In this document: positions 14,690 to 25,181 of the stretch, piece after piece
How positions within the stretch are numbered: the first letter of the stretch is position 1
Layout of the letters: every line of letters starts with the position of its first letter
From: Eledone cirrhosa
Taxonomy: Eukaryota
Direction of reading: 5' to 3'
Assembly (NCBI GenBank): GCA_964016885.1
Contig: OZ024742.1
Coordinates: forward strand, 54,126,001-54,190,000
DNA length: 64,000 bases
Made by a program: the position numbers and the translations under genes
Notes under the pieces: generated by a model
Told to the model about the DNA's origin: nothing
The model's database searches: none
What the model saw: the letters and a program-made list of their open reading frames with translations, nothing else

Positions 14690-14870
14690 TACATGCACCC
14701 ACACCGGACAGGACACCATCCCCTCAGAGGGTAGTCATTTGTAGCTGAGTGGACTGGGGCAACATCAAACGAAGTGTTTTGCCCAAGAATATGACACGCC
14801 ACCCGATTCAGAAATCAAGCCATATGTCAATGCGATCCTAATCCCAGCATTTTAAACGATAGGCCACGCA
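14690..14870 (-). mobile_element. Old CORE-like SINE remnant
   Basis: GAAGTGTTTTGCCCAAG..TAGGCCACG pattern; relatives at ~47080-47200 and ~57060-57290. Confidence 0.5.
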
Positions 14871-15064
14871 TCCCAAAAGCGAAAGTGTTATCGTTGAAAC
14901 CTATAATCAAAAACATTCCACCGTGTCCATCACGTCGTTTAATCAGTGACTTTCGAATAATTAAATCCCTTAATTCGCAAAGTTTGTGCTTAGATTGTGG
15001 TTAGGTTATTTGTTATCCCATGAAGCTCTGCATCTTTCTCACTCATATAGATGATATATATATA

Positions 15065-15178
15065 TAGGAAAATGTTCAAGACCCCGACGGCAGAGCTCTC
15101 CCGTCGGGGTCTTGAACATTTTACTATTACCCACTCTACTACCCTAAATATTGAGTACTCTGGTGCGTTATGGTCCAT
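15065..15178 (+). mobile_element. Family B fragment folded back at the HHR stem III loop
   Basis: Near-perfect hairpin 15069-15122 centred on GAG|CTC; 3' tail matches 19083-19135. Confidence 0.75.
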
Positions 15179-15194
15179 ATATATATATATATAT

Positions 15195-16120
15195 AATTAG
15201 AATTGGCGCTCTGAAATAGCGATATATATATGAATGTATATATAGTGTATTTTGCAATACACTGTACGCTATTGTTTTAGAGTAGTGACAGTCTCACTTA
15301 CTTATAATTTTGGCAAACAGGGGAGATAAAGCTGACAGAGCTGTGTTTCGCACTGATTGGTACTTATAAAAGCCACGTACTCCACCTGTTTGCTGAAAAT
15401 CATGAATGTTTGATTCTTATAGAATGTCTAGTAATAATCAGGAACTGATTATACAGAGCGGTTGCCGGTCAAGCAGAAATTGAAAATTAGAATTGGCGCT
15501 CTGAAATAGCGATATATATATGAATGTATATATAGTGTATTTTGCAATACACTGTATGCTTAAGTAAAAGCATTTCGAAGACCTTAAGCTATTGTTTTAG
15601 AGCAAACAGCTGGAGTACTTGGCTTTGATAAGTACCAATCAGTACGAAACACAGCTCTTTCAGCTTTATCTCCCCTGTTTGCTGAAAATTAAAAGTAAGT
15701 GAGACTGTCACTACTCTAAAACAATAGCGTAAGGTCTTCGAAATGCTTTTAATTAAGCATACAGTGTATTGCAAAATACACTATATATACATTCATATAT
15801 ATATAGCTATTTCAGAGCGCCAATTCTAATTTTCAATTTCTGCTTGACCGGCAACCCCTCTGTATAATTAGTTCCTGATTATTACTAGAAATTCTATAAG
15901 AATCAAACATTCATGATTTTCAGCAAACAGGTGGAGTACTTGGCTTTGATAAGTACCAATCAGTGCGAAACACAGCTCTGTCAGCTTTATCTCCCCTGTT
16001 TGCTGAAAATTGAAAGTAAGTGAGACTGTCACTACTCTAAAACAATAGCATAAGGTCTTCGAAATGCTTTTAATTAAGCATACAGTGTATTGCAAAATAC
16101 ACTATATATACATTCATATA
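15195..16120. mobile_element. Retrozyme-like tandem array, family F (321-bp unit), head-to-head: 15195-15600 (-) and 15601-16120 (+)
   Basis: AGCAAACAG at 15601 and 15922 (321 bp apart); the minus unit is 290 bp owing to a ~31-bp deletion; one HHR per unit; TA-flanked; diverged copy at 55397-55663. Confidence 0.85.
15917..16009 (+). ncRNA. Type I hammerhead ribozyme, U3:A8 core variant (family F); sister copies at 15601-15688 (+) and 15308-15399 (-)
   Basis: TTTTCAGCAAACAGG..GGCT-TTGATAA-GTAC caatca GTGC-GAAA-CA cagctc TG-TC-AGCT..CCTGTTTGCTGAAAA; GUC at 15980-15982. Confidence 0.8.
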
Positions 16121-16171
16121 TATATATTATTCAAAATATTAATAAATGAAAAATATTCTCATAACCAAAAT

Positions 16172-16240
16172 ATATATTTTATTATACATATTTCAAAGGT
16201 ACAATGGTGTGTCAGTACGTTTTCATCAGATAAAATATAT
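16172..16240 (-). ncRNA. Minimal type I hammerhead ribozyme (family C)
   Basis: Minus strand: ATATATTTTAT-CTGATGA-AAACGTAC..GTACCTTT-GAAA-TATGTA-TA-ATAAAATATAT. Confidence 0.8.
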
Positions 16241-16319
16241 GAGAGATTGGATATGCGACATACCGCCAAGGTTTTGATTATTCAATTCCTGTATATATAA
16301 TATATATACATATATAGTA

Positions 16320-16550
16320 GTTATTAGAAAAGCAAGGCTCATTTGTTGATGTTCGGTAATACATTGTCCTCGAACACTCTCCGATGAAATGCAATAGGAC
16401 AATAGCGCAGAGTGAAATAATTAATTATATAATAGTCATGATTTCACAGGCCGTCAGTTTCACAATGTATTGAAACACGTGTAAGAGAATCTCATCTGTT
16501 AATAAACGCATCATTGAACATCAACAAATGTGCCTTATTTTTCTAATAAC
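16320..16550 (+). ncRNA. Extended hammerhead-like RNA (family G; core 16377-16487, CCGATGA variant)
   Basis: CTCT-CCGATGA-AATGCA..TGTATT-GAAA-CACGTG-TA-AGAG inside a long closing stem (CATTTGTTGATGTTC/GAACATCAACAAATG; GTTATTAGAAAA/TTTTCTAATAAC). Confidence 0.7.
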
Positions 16551-17101
16551 CAATACATATATTACTCCATAGATTACTCAAAAGGGACCGATTTATTTTA
16601 TTTGGTAGCACAATTTATATCAACCAAGTATTTACAATAAAGCTGAACCGGTAAGTTGCCTTTTCCTTTTTGTATACTCACATCCACCCTACAACACAAA
16701 TGTGCGAAGTTGTCTTCGAAAATTGGATACCTGTATAGAAACAGGCATATGTATATATGCGATTCTCGCTGAATTTATATTTGTATTGATCTCCTGAGTT
16801 TTACAATTAACCTGTAAATAATTCTATTGACAGATTAATTGTTTATTTTAAAAACTACCTGGTTGAGTGCTTATTCGATTTGTGCTATTTATGCAATTTT
16901 TTGCATGATGCACACATACTGAATTCATTTGCCAAAATCTGGGGATTTTCCCCTTGTGAATTACACATGTGCTTTTACGAAGCTCTATGTCATTCACAAA
17001 TTAGGTACAGAGCAAAATACCTGTTGATAACGTTATCAACATTCCTTGTTCGATCATTATACCTAAAGCTTATAGTTTTAAGCAGACAGTATTATTGATT
17101 T

Positions 17102-17276
17102 GGGCGGTGGATTGGCAGTATCGGTAGAGAGTCGGACGCCATGCTTTCCAGCATAGTTACGTCCCTTTACGATCTGAGTTCAAATCCCGCCGAGGTTGAC
17201 TTTGCCTTTCATCCGATAAAATAAAGTACCAGTAATGCACTGGGTAATTGCTGGCCTTGTGCCTAAAGTAGAAACA
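17102..17276 (+). mobile_element. Full-length tRNA-derived SINE with 11-bp TSD
   Basis: A-box TGGCAGTATCGG, B-box GAGTTCAAATCC; TSD ATTATTGATTT at 17091-17101 and 17277-17287. Confidence 0.9.
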
Positions 17277-17794
17277 ATTATTGATTTAGGTGTCATAGAA
17301 ACCCTGCATTTGGATTTTACCATTAATTCCAATGGGTCCAGGTCTGTTTTTTTAATCATTTATTTTGTTTTGATCTGTTTAGCTTGATTTAGTTTTTGGC
17401 TTAGGTGGTTAATGCTTTCTTGACCACTTTTTCAGTTTGTATGGCGTTTTATCATATTGTTTAGCTATGGAGCGCTTGCCAGGATAACTCTGATTTTTGC
17501 GTTTCGTTTCGCTTTTTCTACCAGCCAAATTGCGATTCTCGCTGAATTTATATATATATATATATATATATATAGTTGTTATATAGTAAGGTGTATTATT
17601 GGTTGTGAAAAACGGTCCAATAAATTTATGTTAGCAATATTAAGTACTCCACGCTTTTGTATAACTCCAATTCCATTCAAGGGAACAGCTAGATGATGCG
17701 GACGATACGGATGTGTATATACCATAACATACACTTGAAGATATGGATGTTACAATTCAATCTATACATGTATAACATAACACTGAACTGAACG

Positions 17795-18043
17795 TACTTT
17801 ATTTTATCGACCTCGTAAGGATGAAAGGCAAAGTTAACCGCGGTGGATTTGAACTCAGAAAGCAAAGGGCCATAACTATGCTGCAAAACATGGTGTCTGA
17901 CGCTCTACCCAAACTGCCAAACCACTGCCCTTAATTGTTTCTACTTTTGGCACAAGGCCAGCAATGAACCAGTGTATTACTGGTACTTTACTTTATCGAG
18001 CCCGTTAGGATGAAAGGCAAAGTTAACCTCGGCGAGATTTGAA
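17795..18043 (-). mobile_element. Two adjacent SINE copies (second partial)
   Basis: GATGAAAGGCAAAGTTAACC occurs twice. Confidence 0.8.
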
Positions 18044-18849
18044 AAGAGATATAATACCAGACATCTTTGTGAGCTCTATTAAGGATTTGAGAAGCGAGTT
18101 CTCCTCTCGTTTTGCTGACTTCCGGCAAAATGGAACTCTATTTAAGTTATTTGGTACTCCTTACGAAACAGATGTGGAGCAAGTGGTAGAAGAATATCAG
18201 TTGGAGTTAATTGACTTACAGTGCGACGAATCTTTGAAATCGAAATTTCAGTTCGAATCCACTGCTGACTTCTACAAGAAATATATATTGGCAAGCGGAA
18301 AATATAAAAACATCTTGACTAATACGAAACTGATGATATCATTATTTGGAAGTACATATGCTTGTGAACAACTTTTTTCCAAAATGAAATATACTAAAAG
18401 TCATTTAAGAACAAGGTTGCGTGACGACCACCTGGATGATGTTTTGCTCCTGTCATCGACAAATATGTCACCTGATGTGGAGAAGTTATCGCACAATAAG
18501 CAGAAACAAGTGTCTCAATAAATCATTTATCATTTTTAACTGTATTTTGTTTGTAGCAAGGAATTTGCTTTTTTTGTTGTTGATTGTGATAGTAGTTGTT
18601 TTTCTGTTATTCCTGCAGTAAAATAAGGAATTTGATTTTTTTTTGTTGAATGTGTTTGTAGCTTTTTTTCTGTTTTTGTTGTTATTCCTGCAGTAAAATA
18701 AGGGGCGTTGTTAAAATAAAATTATATTAAATTCCTTGTTTTGCTTTAAACCTCCAGAAAATGTATTTACATTTTTAATATACATGGCCCTCCTCCATGA
18801 CACTGCATAGCTGTTTGGCCCTCTCTCTCCAAAAGGTTGCCGACCCCTG
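18044..18849 (+). mobile_element. hAT (Charlie/GTF2IRD2-like) transposon 3' end: transposase dimerisation domain + 3' TIR
   Basis: ORF 18039-18521 has QLELIDLQ and FGSTYACEQLFSKMKYTKS..RTRL; terminus AAGGTTGCCGACCCCTG followed by TTCTACAG. Confidence 0.85.
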
Positions 18850-18871
18850 TTCTACAGGTTTGATACTGTGT

Positions 18872-18968
<97 letters not shown>

Positions 18969-18969
<1 letters not shown>

Positions 18970-19161
18970 AGGAAAAAGTATGACCCCGACGGCAGAGCTC
19001 AAGCCGTTTCGACGGCTATTTCTGAGTCCAGAAATAGCCGTCGAAACGGCTTGAGCTCTGCCGTCGGGGTCATACTTTTTCCTATTACCCACTCTACTAC
19101 CCTAAGTATTGAGTACTCTGGTGCGTTATGGTGCATCTGGTTCCTTACCACATTTCCTTCG

Positions 19162-19165
<4 letters not shown>
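18969..19165 (+). mobile_element. Family B fragment with a perfect 56-bp fold-back (3' half of the HHR)
   Basis: Arms 18969-19024 and 19029-19084, loop AGTC; contains GAAA-CGGC..GCCG-TC-GGGGTC. Confidence 0.85.
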
Positions 19166-19196
<31 letters not shown>

Positions 19197-19200
<4 letters not shown>

Positions 19201-19540
19201 CTGCCAACTCGTTTTCGAGTACGGCCACTATGTTATATCCATGTTGGAGAACCCCTACTGATGCGCAGAACGAGTGCGTCTTTTTAGTCCAACCAGCGAC
19301 TTGAAAACACTGGTACAAACACTACACTTGTGACAATTACTGACACATAGTGCTGGGGCCATGGTACCATGTGACGACAAGATCAGAGATCTCCAGATAT
19401 AAAGCAATGCCGGTGCCGTGAAGCTTTTATAGTGAGCAAAGGCACTGCACAAAGCCAGTCCCACTCTCTTAACCAAGAAGATATTTACCAAAAAGAAGAA
19501 CACGTCAACATCATTGGATACCATCAGGGTTGCAGGTGGT
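19197..19540 (-). mobile_element. RTE-like LINE 3' remnant
   Basis: CSVCTSVFKSLVGLKRRTRSAH zinc-finger-like C-terminus; 3'UTR hairpin resembling 33215-33250. Confidence 0.45.
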
Positions 19541-19555
19541 ATATCAGAGTTTTCC

Positions 19556-19636
<81 letters not shown>

Positions 19637-19985
19637 ACATATATATATATAACGTACAAATACAAAGTTTAAACCGCCATAATACATAATAATCGTTGAT
19701 AATTGGTATTTACTTCTAATTGAACGGTGGAATGTCCCTAGTGTGAGTTAATGATTGCTATATCAAAAATAAAACGAATAAGATCAATAAGACGAACATT
19801 TTCTGACAATTGCATATCTTAGATATGCAACGTTGAATGTTTAAACTACTTTCTGATAAGTTGTTAGAGTTTTAATCATGCATTCAATGAACAATCAACA
19901 TTAATAACATACACACACACACGTACACACACACACGCACATACACACACACACGCACGTACACACATATACACACGCACGCACA

Positions 19986-20034
<49 letters not shown>

Positions 20035-20170
20035 TATATATATATATATATATGCAGAAGTTATGTTTAATTTGTTGGGATTCCAACAAACTTAAAAGTT
20101 TATAACTTATATAAAGCACACAGCAGTTTAATGGAGTAAATATTCAATATATTAATAAATGGAAACTATA

Positions 20171-23100
20171 TCACGACAATATCATTAGGATATAAAACAA
20201 ACTTTTCTTCAAAATTTTAAGTCTAAAAAGAGGTTCATTAGAAAGTCTGTACAACAAAATGTTTTTAGTAAAGGTTGACGTTCGGACAAACCGGAGTTGA
20301 AAGTGGAAAAAGTCAAATGAAGTTGAAAGCACAGACTATAGATATTATTGTATATAATACACGGAGAGAAAAGGAGAGGAGGGAAGCAAGAGGGAAAAAA
20401 TATGTGTGTTTATCTCATATTGTCTTGTGATAACTTTTCACTCTATTTTCAACTGTCATCAAATAATACTCCTGTCAACAAATTATATGTCCCAAATAAG
20501 AATCTGTTTCTATAAACTTCAATAGAGAAAACAACGCAAGTGAATATTATTGTTACGAGAACGCTAATTTTCCATTTATTGTAGTTAATATTTTTTTAGT
20601 ATTGACTTTGTTAAATAATAATAAGTTCATATTAATGAAATGTGTGGAAGGGAAATATGAATTTTACTATTAATGAAATTGCCATAGCGCGTCGGGACTA
20701 GTTGGCGTCTATTTTACTTTCTTTTATTGTGGTATGATATAATTTGGACTAAAGAAACACTGAAATATTTCTCGATTTTTAACTATTCTCTAGTTATTTT
20801 TTCAGTTTGTATTTGCAATGAATATATTTATTTTCGAATAGTCGTTTTATTTGAATAGATTTTATCCTATGTAGCAGTTTCAATGTTAGCAGATGCAACG
20901 CAAGATTAATAAAGTAATTAAACTGAAAAGAAAAACATTACGAAAAAGATTTAAATTGTATAAACAGATTATAAACCATGTGAACCTCTTTATAATTGCA
21001 AAACAACAAAATTCGAATAGGCGATTTGCAAACTGAATACGTGTTTATATATTTCTATAATACGTGAATAGTAGTTTATAAATATTTTAAATATGAGTTT
21101 CATGTGACAGATAATATTTTGCCGAGGGAAATATAATTACGTCCATTAAAATACAAATATCTGATTTCACCATGTGAATAGATGTATTTATCTGCATGAC
21201 CATCTTCCAAACAATCATGAAACGCTACCTGCTAGCTGTAAATTCATTCCTAATTTAGGCATAAAGCCATCAAAATAGGTTAAATCATTGCTGGAACTTT
21301 ACATTATTTTATATTAACGATTTAACGATAAAAAGCAAAGTTGATATTGAAGAGATTTGAACTCAGGATGTAAGGAACTATAAAAACAAATACTGCAATT
21401 ACATTTTACTCAACGGTGTACCAATTCTGCCTATCCACCACCATTAGGGTAGCTTTAAATCAAACAACCATCAAATGGATTGCCAATCTGATTACACATT
21501 CAGTTCTGCTGAAGTCTGAAGTATAATGTTTAATCTCTATTTCATTTCAGAGAAGGATTTATCAAGTTCCCTGTTTATTGAAACAATTGCGCCGTAGATA
21601 CATAATTCATTAATCCTTTGAAATATGAAAGTACTTAAAGATTTCTGGCTACACAGCAATGTTACTATATTAGGTTGTAATGGATTTGCTGATACCTGAG
21701 ATAAGGGTAAATCCGAATTTAAAGGAGAAAAACAAAATTAATATTTGATGGCCTCCTTAGAAAGCTAAACGCAATAACAAATAAAACATTATCTAAAAGT
21801 AAGAATCAGCTTTATAAGTGAGACATTAAAATAGTTTGTAAATGTTAAACAAAAGATCATAACTCCATATTTATTTCATAATAATTCAATATATTTCTTC
21901 TTCTTCTTCTTCTTCTTCTTCTTCTTCTTCTTCTTCTTGAAAGGGTCGTAGGTGCAGTGTCACTAAACACTCTTTCCAGAGCCTCATGTCAGAAGCAACC
22001 GTTTCCAAAGGATTTGGCTACATCCCCAAGGAAGACCATCCAAGCTCATGAATATTACCGAACCATCTGTTTTGCCCGTAAAATTTGTCCAGTGATTATT
22101 TAATGAGACATTCTAAACACATGCCCGTAATATGGGAACTGTCATCTCTATATTTGGAGAAGTAGCGGCTCTACCTAGACCAACTCTTTGATCTCTGAGC
22201 TACACATTCTATCGAGTAACGTTACTTCAAAGAACTTTTGGAGGAAACCTATTTCTGAACATTGTATTCGCGATCGTAATATTGTTTTTCTTTGTGTTTT
22301 CCTTTTTGCTAAGTAACATGTGATATTCCTAAGAATTGTAATTGATATTCACCGACATGTTTATCATAGTAGGAGACCTGCGTGTGAAATACTGAATCAT
22401 AAATTAGTATGTCGCATATACCAAAATTTCCGGATATATGAACAACCATATGAAGTGGGAGATTTACGGTTTAACAAATTGACGGTTTGCATAAGAGAAA
22501 CTCTATAGTATATGAGGATTACTGACATTTAAAAGTAGTTAAAGAAAAGAAATATGTTTTAATCATTTATTTCTAGGACGGAATTAGACAAATGTTCAGC
22601 AAATAACAATGGATTAAAATGTGAATGCAAACTTTTCCTGAGGCGAGTAATGCACTGTGTGCTTGTGTGTATTTGGATACCTGTTTTGAACAGAACATTT
22701 TAAAGTTATGGAAAGATATATATAATATATATATATATATATATTTTTTTTTCAACTAAAAACTTTTCGGCATTTTGCAGTTATCTCCCTTACACCTCTC
22801 GCACGCATTCTATTATTGCATGTGTGAAGTGACCAGGTTTCTGCGCATGCGCGTTCGTACGGTTGTCCTCCTGTTCGCTAAGGTGAAACAATTGTTCTCG
22901 GTATGATGAACTAATTGTTGTGTAACCATTTCTACCTAACTCGTCCCATGGGCTGAGTGCTCTACCACTACGGATATTACCTTCGAGTGTTCCACCACTA
23001 TTTATGTCTCCAGCATCGATTAGAAGATTCTCTGCACTACGTAGAAGTTTGGCTTTTAGCAGATTCTTCACCACGTGCGAGTTTGGCTTACTACTCTGAG

Positions 23101-23343
23101 AGCGCTCTCTATATCCTCGTGTCCTACACAATTTTGCGATTCCTCAACGTCAGTATGGATTTATACGAACTGGATTACTCCCTGAAGAACATTCCAACTC
23201 CCTCCAACCATGTTTACCAAAAGCTCCTCCTACAAAAAGCGGAAGATGTCGTCAGACGCTTAAGATGGTGAACCCTAGCTTTCAACGGCAAAGTTACAGG
23301 CACCAACAACACCTTCAACCTGAAATCGAGAGCCTACCTTCCT
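20171..23343 (+). repeat. Left arm of a ~3.2-kb inverted duplication
   Basis: Reverse complement of 27072-30273 throughout (mirror ORFs 22320..22508 and 27938..28126; (CTT)n vs (GAA)n). Confidence 0.95.
21897..22075 (-). mobile_element. RTE-like 3' end with (GAA)n tail (mirrored at ~28370-28548)
   Basis: Shares ACGGTTGCTTCTGACA and a GAA tail with 52400-52653. Confidence 0.55.
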
Positions 23344-24865
23344 AAAGCACCTGCTTACAGAAACACAGCTTTATCCAAATTTTGCAATTTGTGTATTGAA
23401 GAAATTTTCTACATACTTAAATGTAAGTCTTCATTAATTTACGTAACAATTTATTTAGTTCTTGTAAACATCGCCAAAACTCAACTTTTACATCTATATA
23501 TAAAATATAATTACACACTCAATCTTCTCTACATAATGTTTACTTTATCCAAACACCTATAATCTCATTTCTGAAATTATATGCATATATGTTCATAAAT
23601 TCTAAATCTTTAAATTTAAATTTAATGTAATTCTAATTGTAATATCTTTTACTTCTTAAATATATATAATTTACTTCTTAAATCTTTACTTTTTAATATT
23701 TTTACTTCTTTAATATCTTTATTTTTATCTTTATTTATCTAACTTCCAAAATATCTAATAATCTTTTTAGAAAAATTATTTAAAATTTTTTATAATATTA
23801 CTTATTTCCCCCCAAAAACAAAAAATAAAACAAAAATTTTGTTGGTCACCTTAATATTTTTTATATATTCTTTAGTATTTTTCTAATATTTTTAAATATT
23901 TTAAATATTTTTAAATATTTTTAAATATTTTTTAATATTTCTTATATTTTTGAATAATTTTAGGTTTTTAATTAATTTAAAACATTTTAAAAATGTTTTT
24001 TAAAAGGTTTGAGTATCTTCGGAGTCTTTTTGAGATCTTTTAAAATTCTCTTGGAAAGTTTTTCCAGGAATTTTCAAGAATTTTGTCTAGAATTGTTAAT
24101 ATTTTATAGTCTTAATTTTTAAATGGTTTTAGTATTTTCTTATACTTTTAATTAATTTTTTAATTTTTAATTTTTGTAACTTTTTGTAATTATTTAATAT
24201 TAGAGTTATAACCAATAACTAACTCTGGCTAAATATATCTTCAAACATATATTTGTCAAATTTATCTCATAATAACTAATAAATAAACAAAACTGGGATT
24301 TTCAATATTTCTCCAATGTAAAACATTAAAACATATAGGTAATCTTATTGACGCATTAATTTAATTTAATTTAATTTAAATACTTACACTAAATATAAAC
24401 TAGTATCCCTCATAATTTATCTATAACATGATATACCCATCTATCCACTCATATATCTATCCTTATACCTATCCTTATATCTACATTTTATCCTATGCTT
24501 CGACTTCATATCCTATGCTTTTTATCCTATGCTTCTACTTCATATTTATTTAAATCTATTTTTAACATATATTAATATATTTTAATATATCTTTATTTTT
24601 TCTATATACTTATAGTAATATTTTTTCAATTTTTCGGACATTCATTTGCATATACACACAAAACTTTGAATTACCCTCAATAAAATGTTTCACTATCCAG
24701 CGAATTTTCAACCGTCAAGGTTGTTTTCCACGGTTATGTAAATATTTATAAAACAAATTTTGTATTTTATCTGATGAAAGCACACCAAGACTGCCTTGGT
24801 TGCCCTTGAAATATATATAATAAAATAATTATGGTTTTATAAATCTAGTTTCCATTTATTAATAT

Positions 24866-24870
<5 letters not shown>
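23344..24870 (+). mobile_element. 5'-truncated PLE (family C): GIY-YIG C-terminus + long AT-rich pLTR
   Basis: KAPAYRNTALSKFCNLCIEEIFYILK..NLRNNLFSSCKHR, then HHR at 24763-24827, then (TA)n. Confidence 0.75.
24763..24827 (+). ncRNA. Type I hammerhead ribozyme (family C)
   Basis: TATTTTAT-CTGATGA-AAGCAC ACCAAG actgc CTTGGT TGCCCTT-GAAA-TATATA-TA-ATAAAATA. Confidence 0.85.
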
Positions 24871-24910
<40 letters not shown>

Positions 24911-25004
24911 GTGGAACACTGGAAGGTAGTATCCGTAGTGGTAGGGCACTCAGTCCATGGAACAAGTTAGGTAGAAGTGGTTATACAACAATTAGTTCAC
25001 CATA

Positions 25005-25044
25005 CCGAGAACAATTGTTTCACGTTAGCGGATCCTCAGCTCGG
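25005..25044 (-). ncRNA. Minimal HHR in the 3' pLTR (family E)
   Basis: CCGAG-CTGAGGA-TCCGCTAACGT-GAAA-CAATTG-TT-CTCGG. Confidence 0.6.
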
Positions 25045-25181
25045 AATGGGCATGGTTATAGGAACAGGAAGGACAACCGTACGAACGCGCATGTGCAGAA
25101 ACCCGGTCACTTCACATAGGCAATACTAGAATGCGTGCGAGAGGTGTAAGGGAGATAACTGAAAAATAAAATTACAAAGAA

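Noticed and set aside
15195-15600. Possible opposite-polarity (viroid-like) ribozyme in the family F unit
   Set aside because: The minus-strand HHR comes from an inverted copy of the unit; no second core on the antisense of the monomer
22320-22508. 62-aa ORF present in both arms of the large inverted repeat
   Set aside because: No recognisable motif; its conservation reflects the duplication
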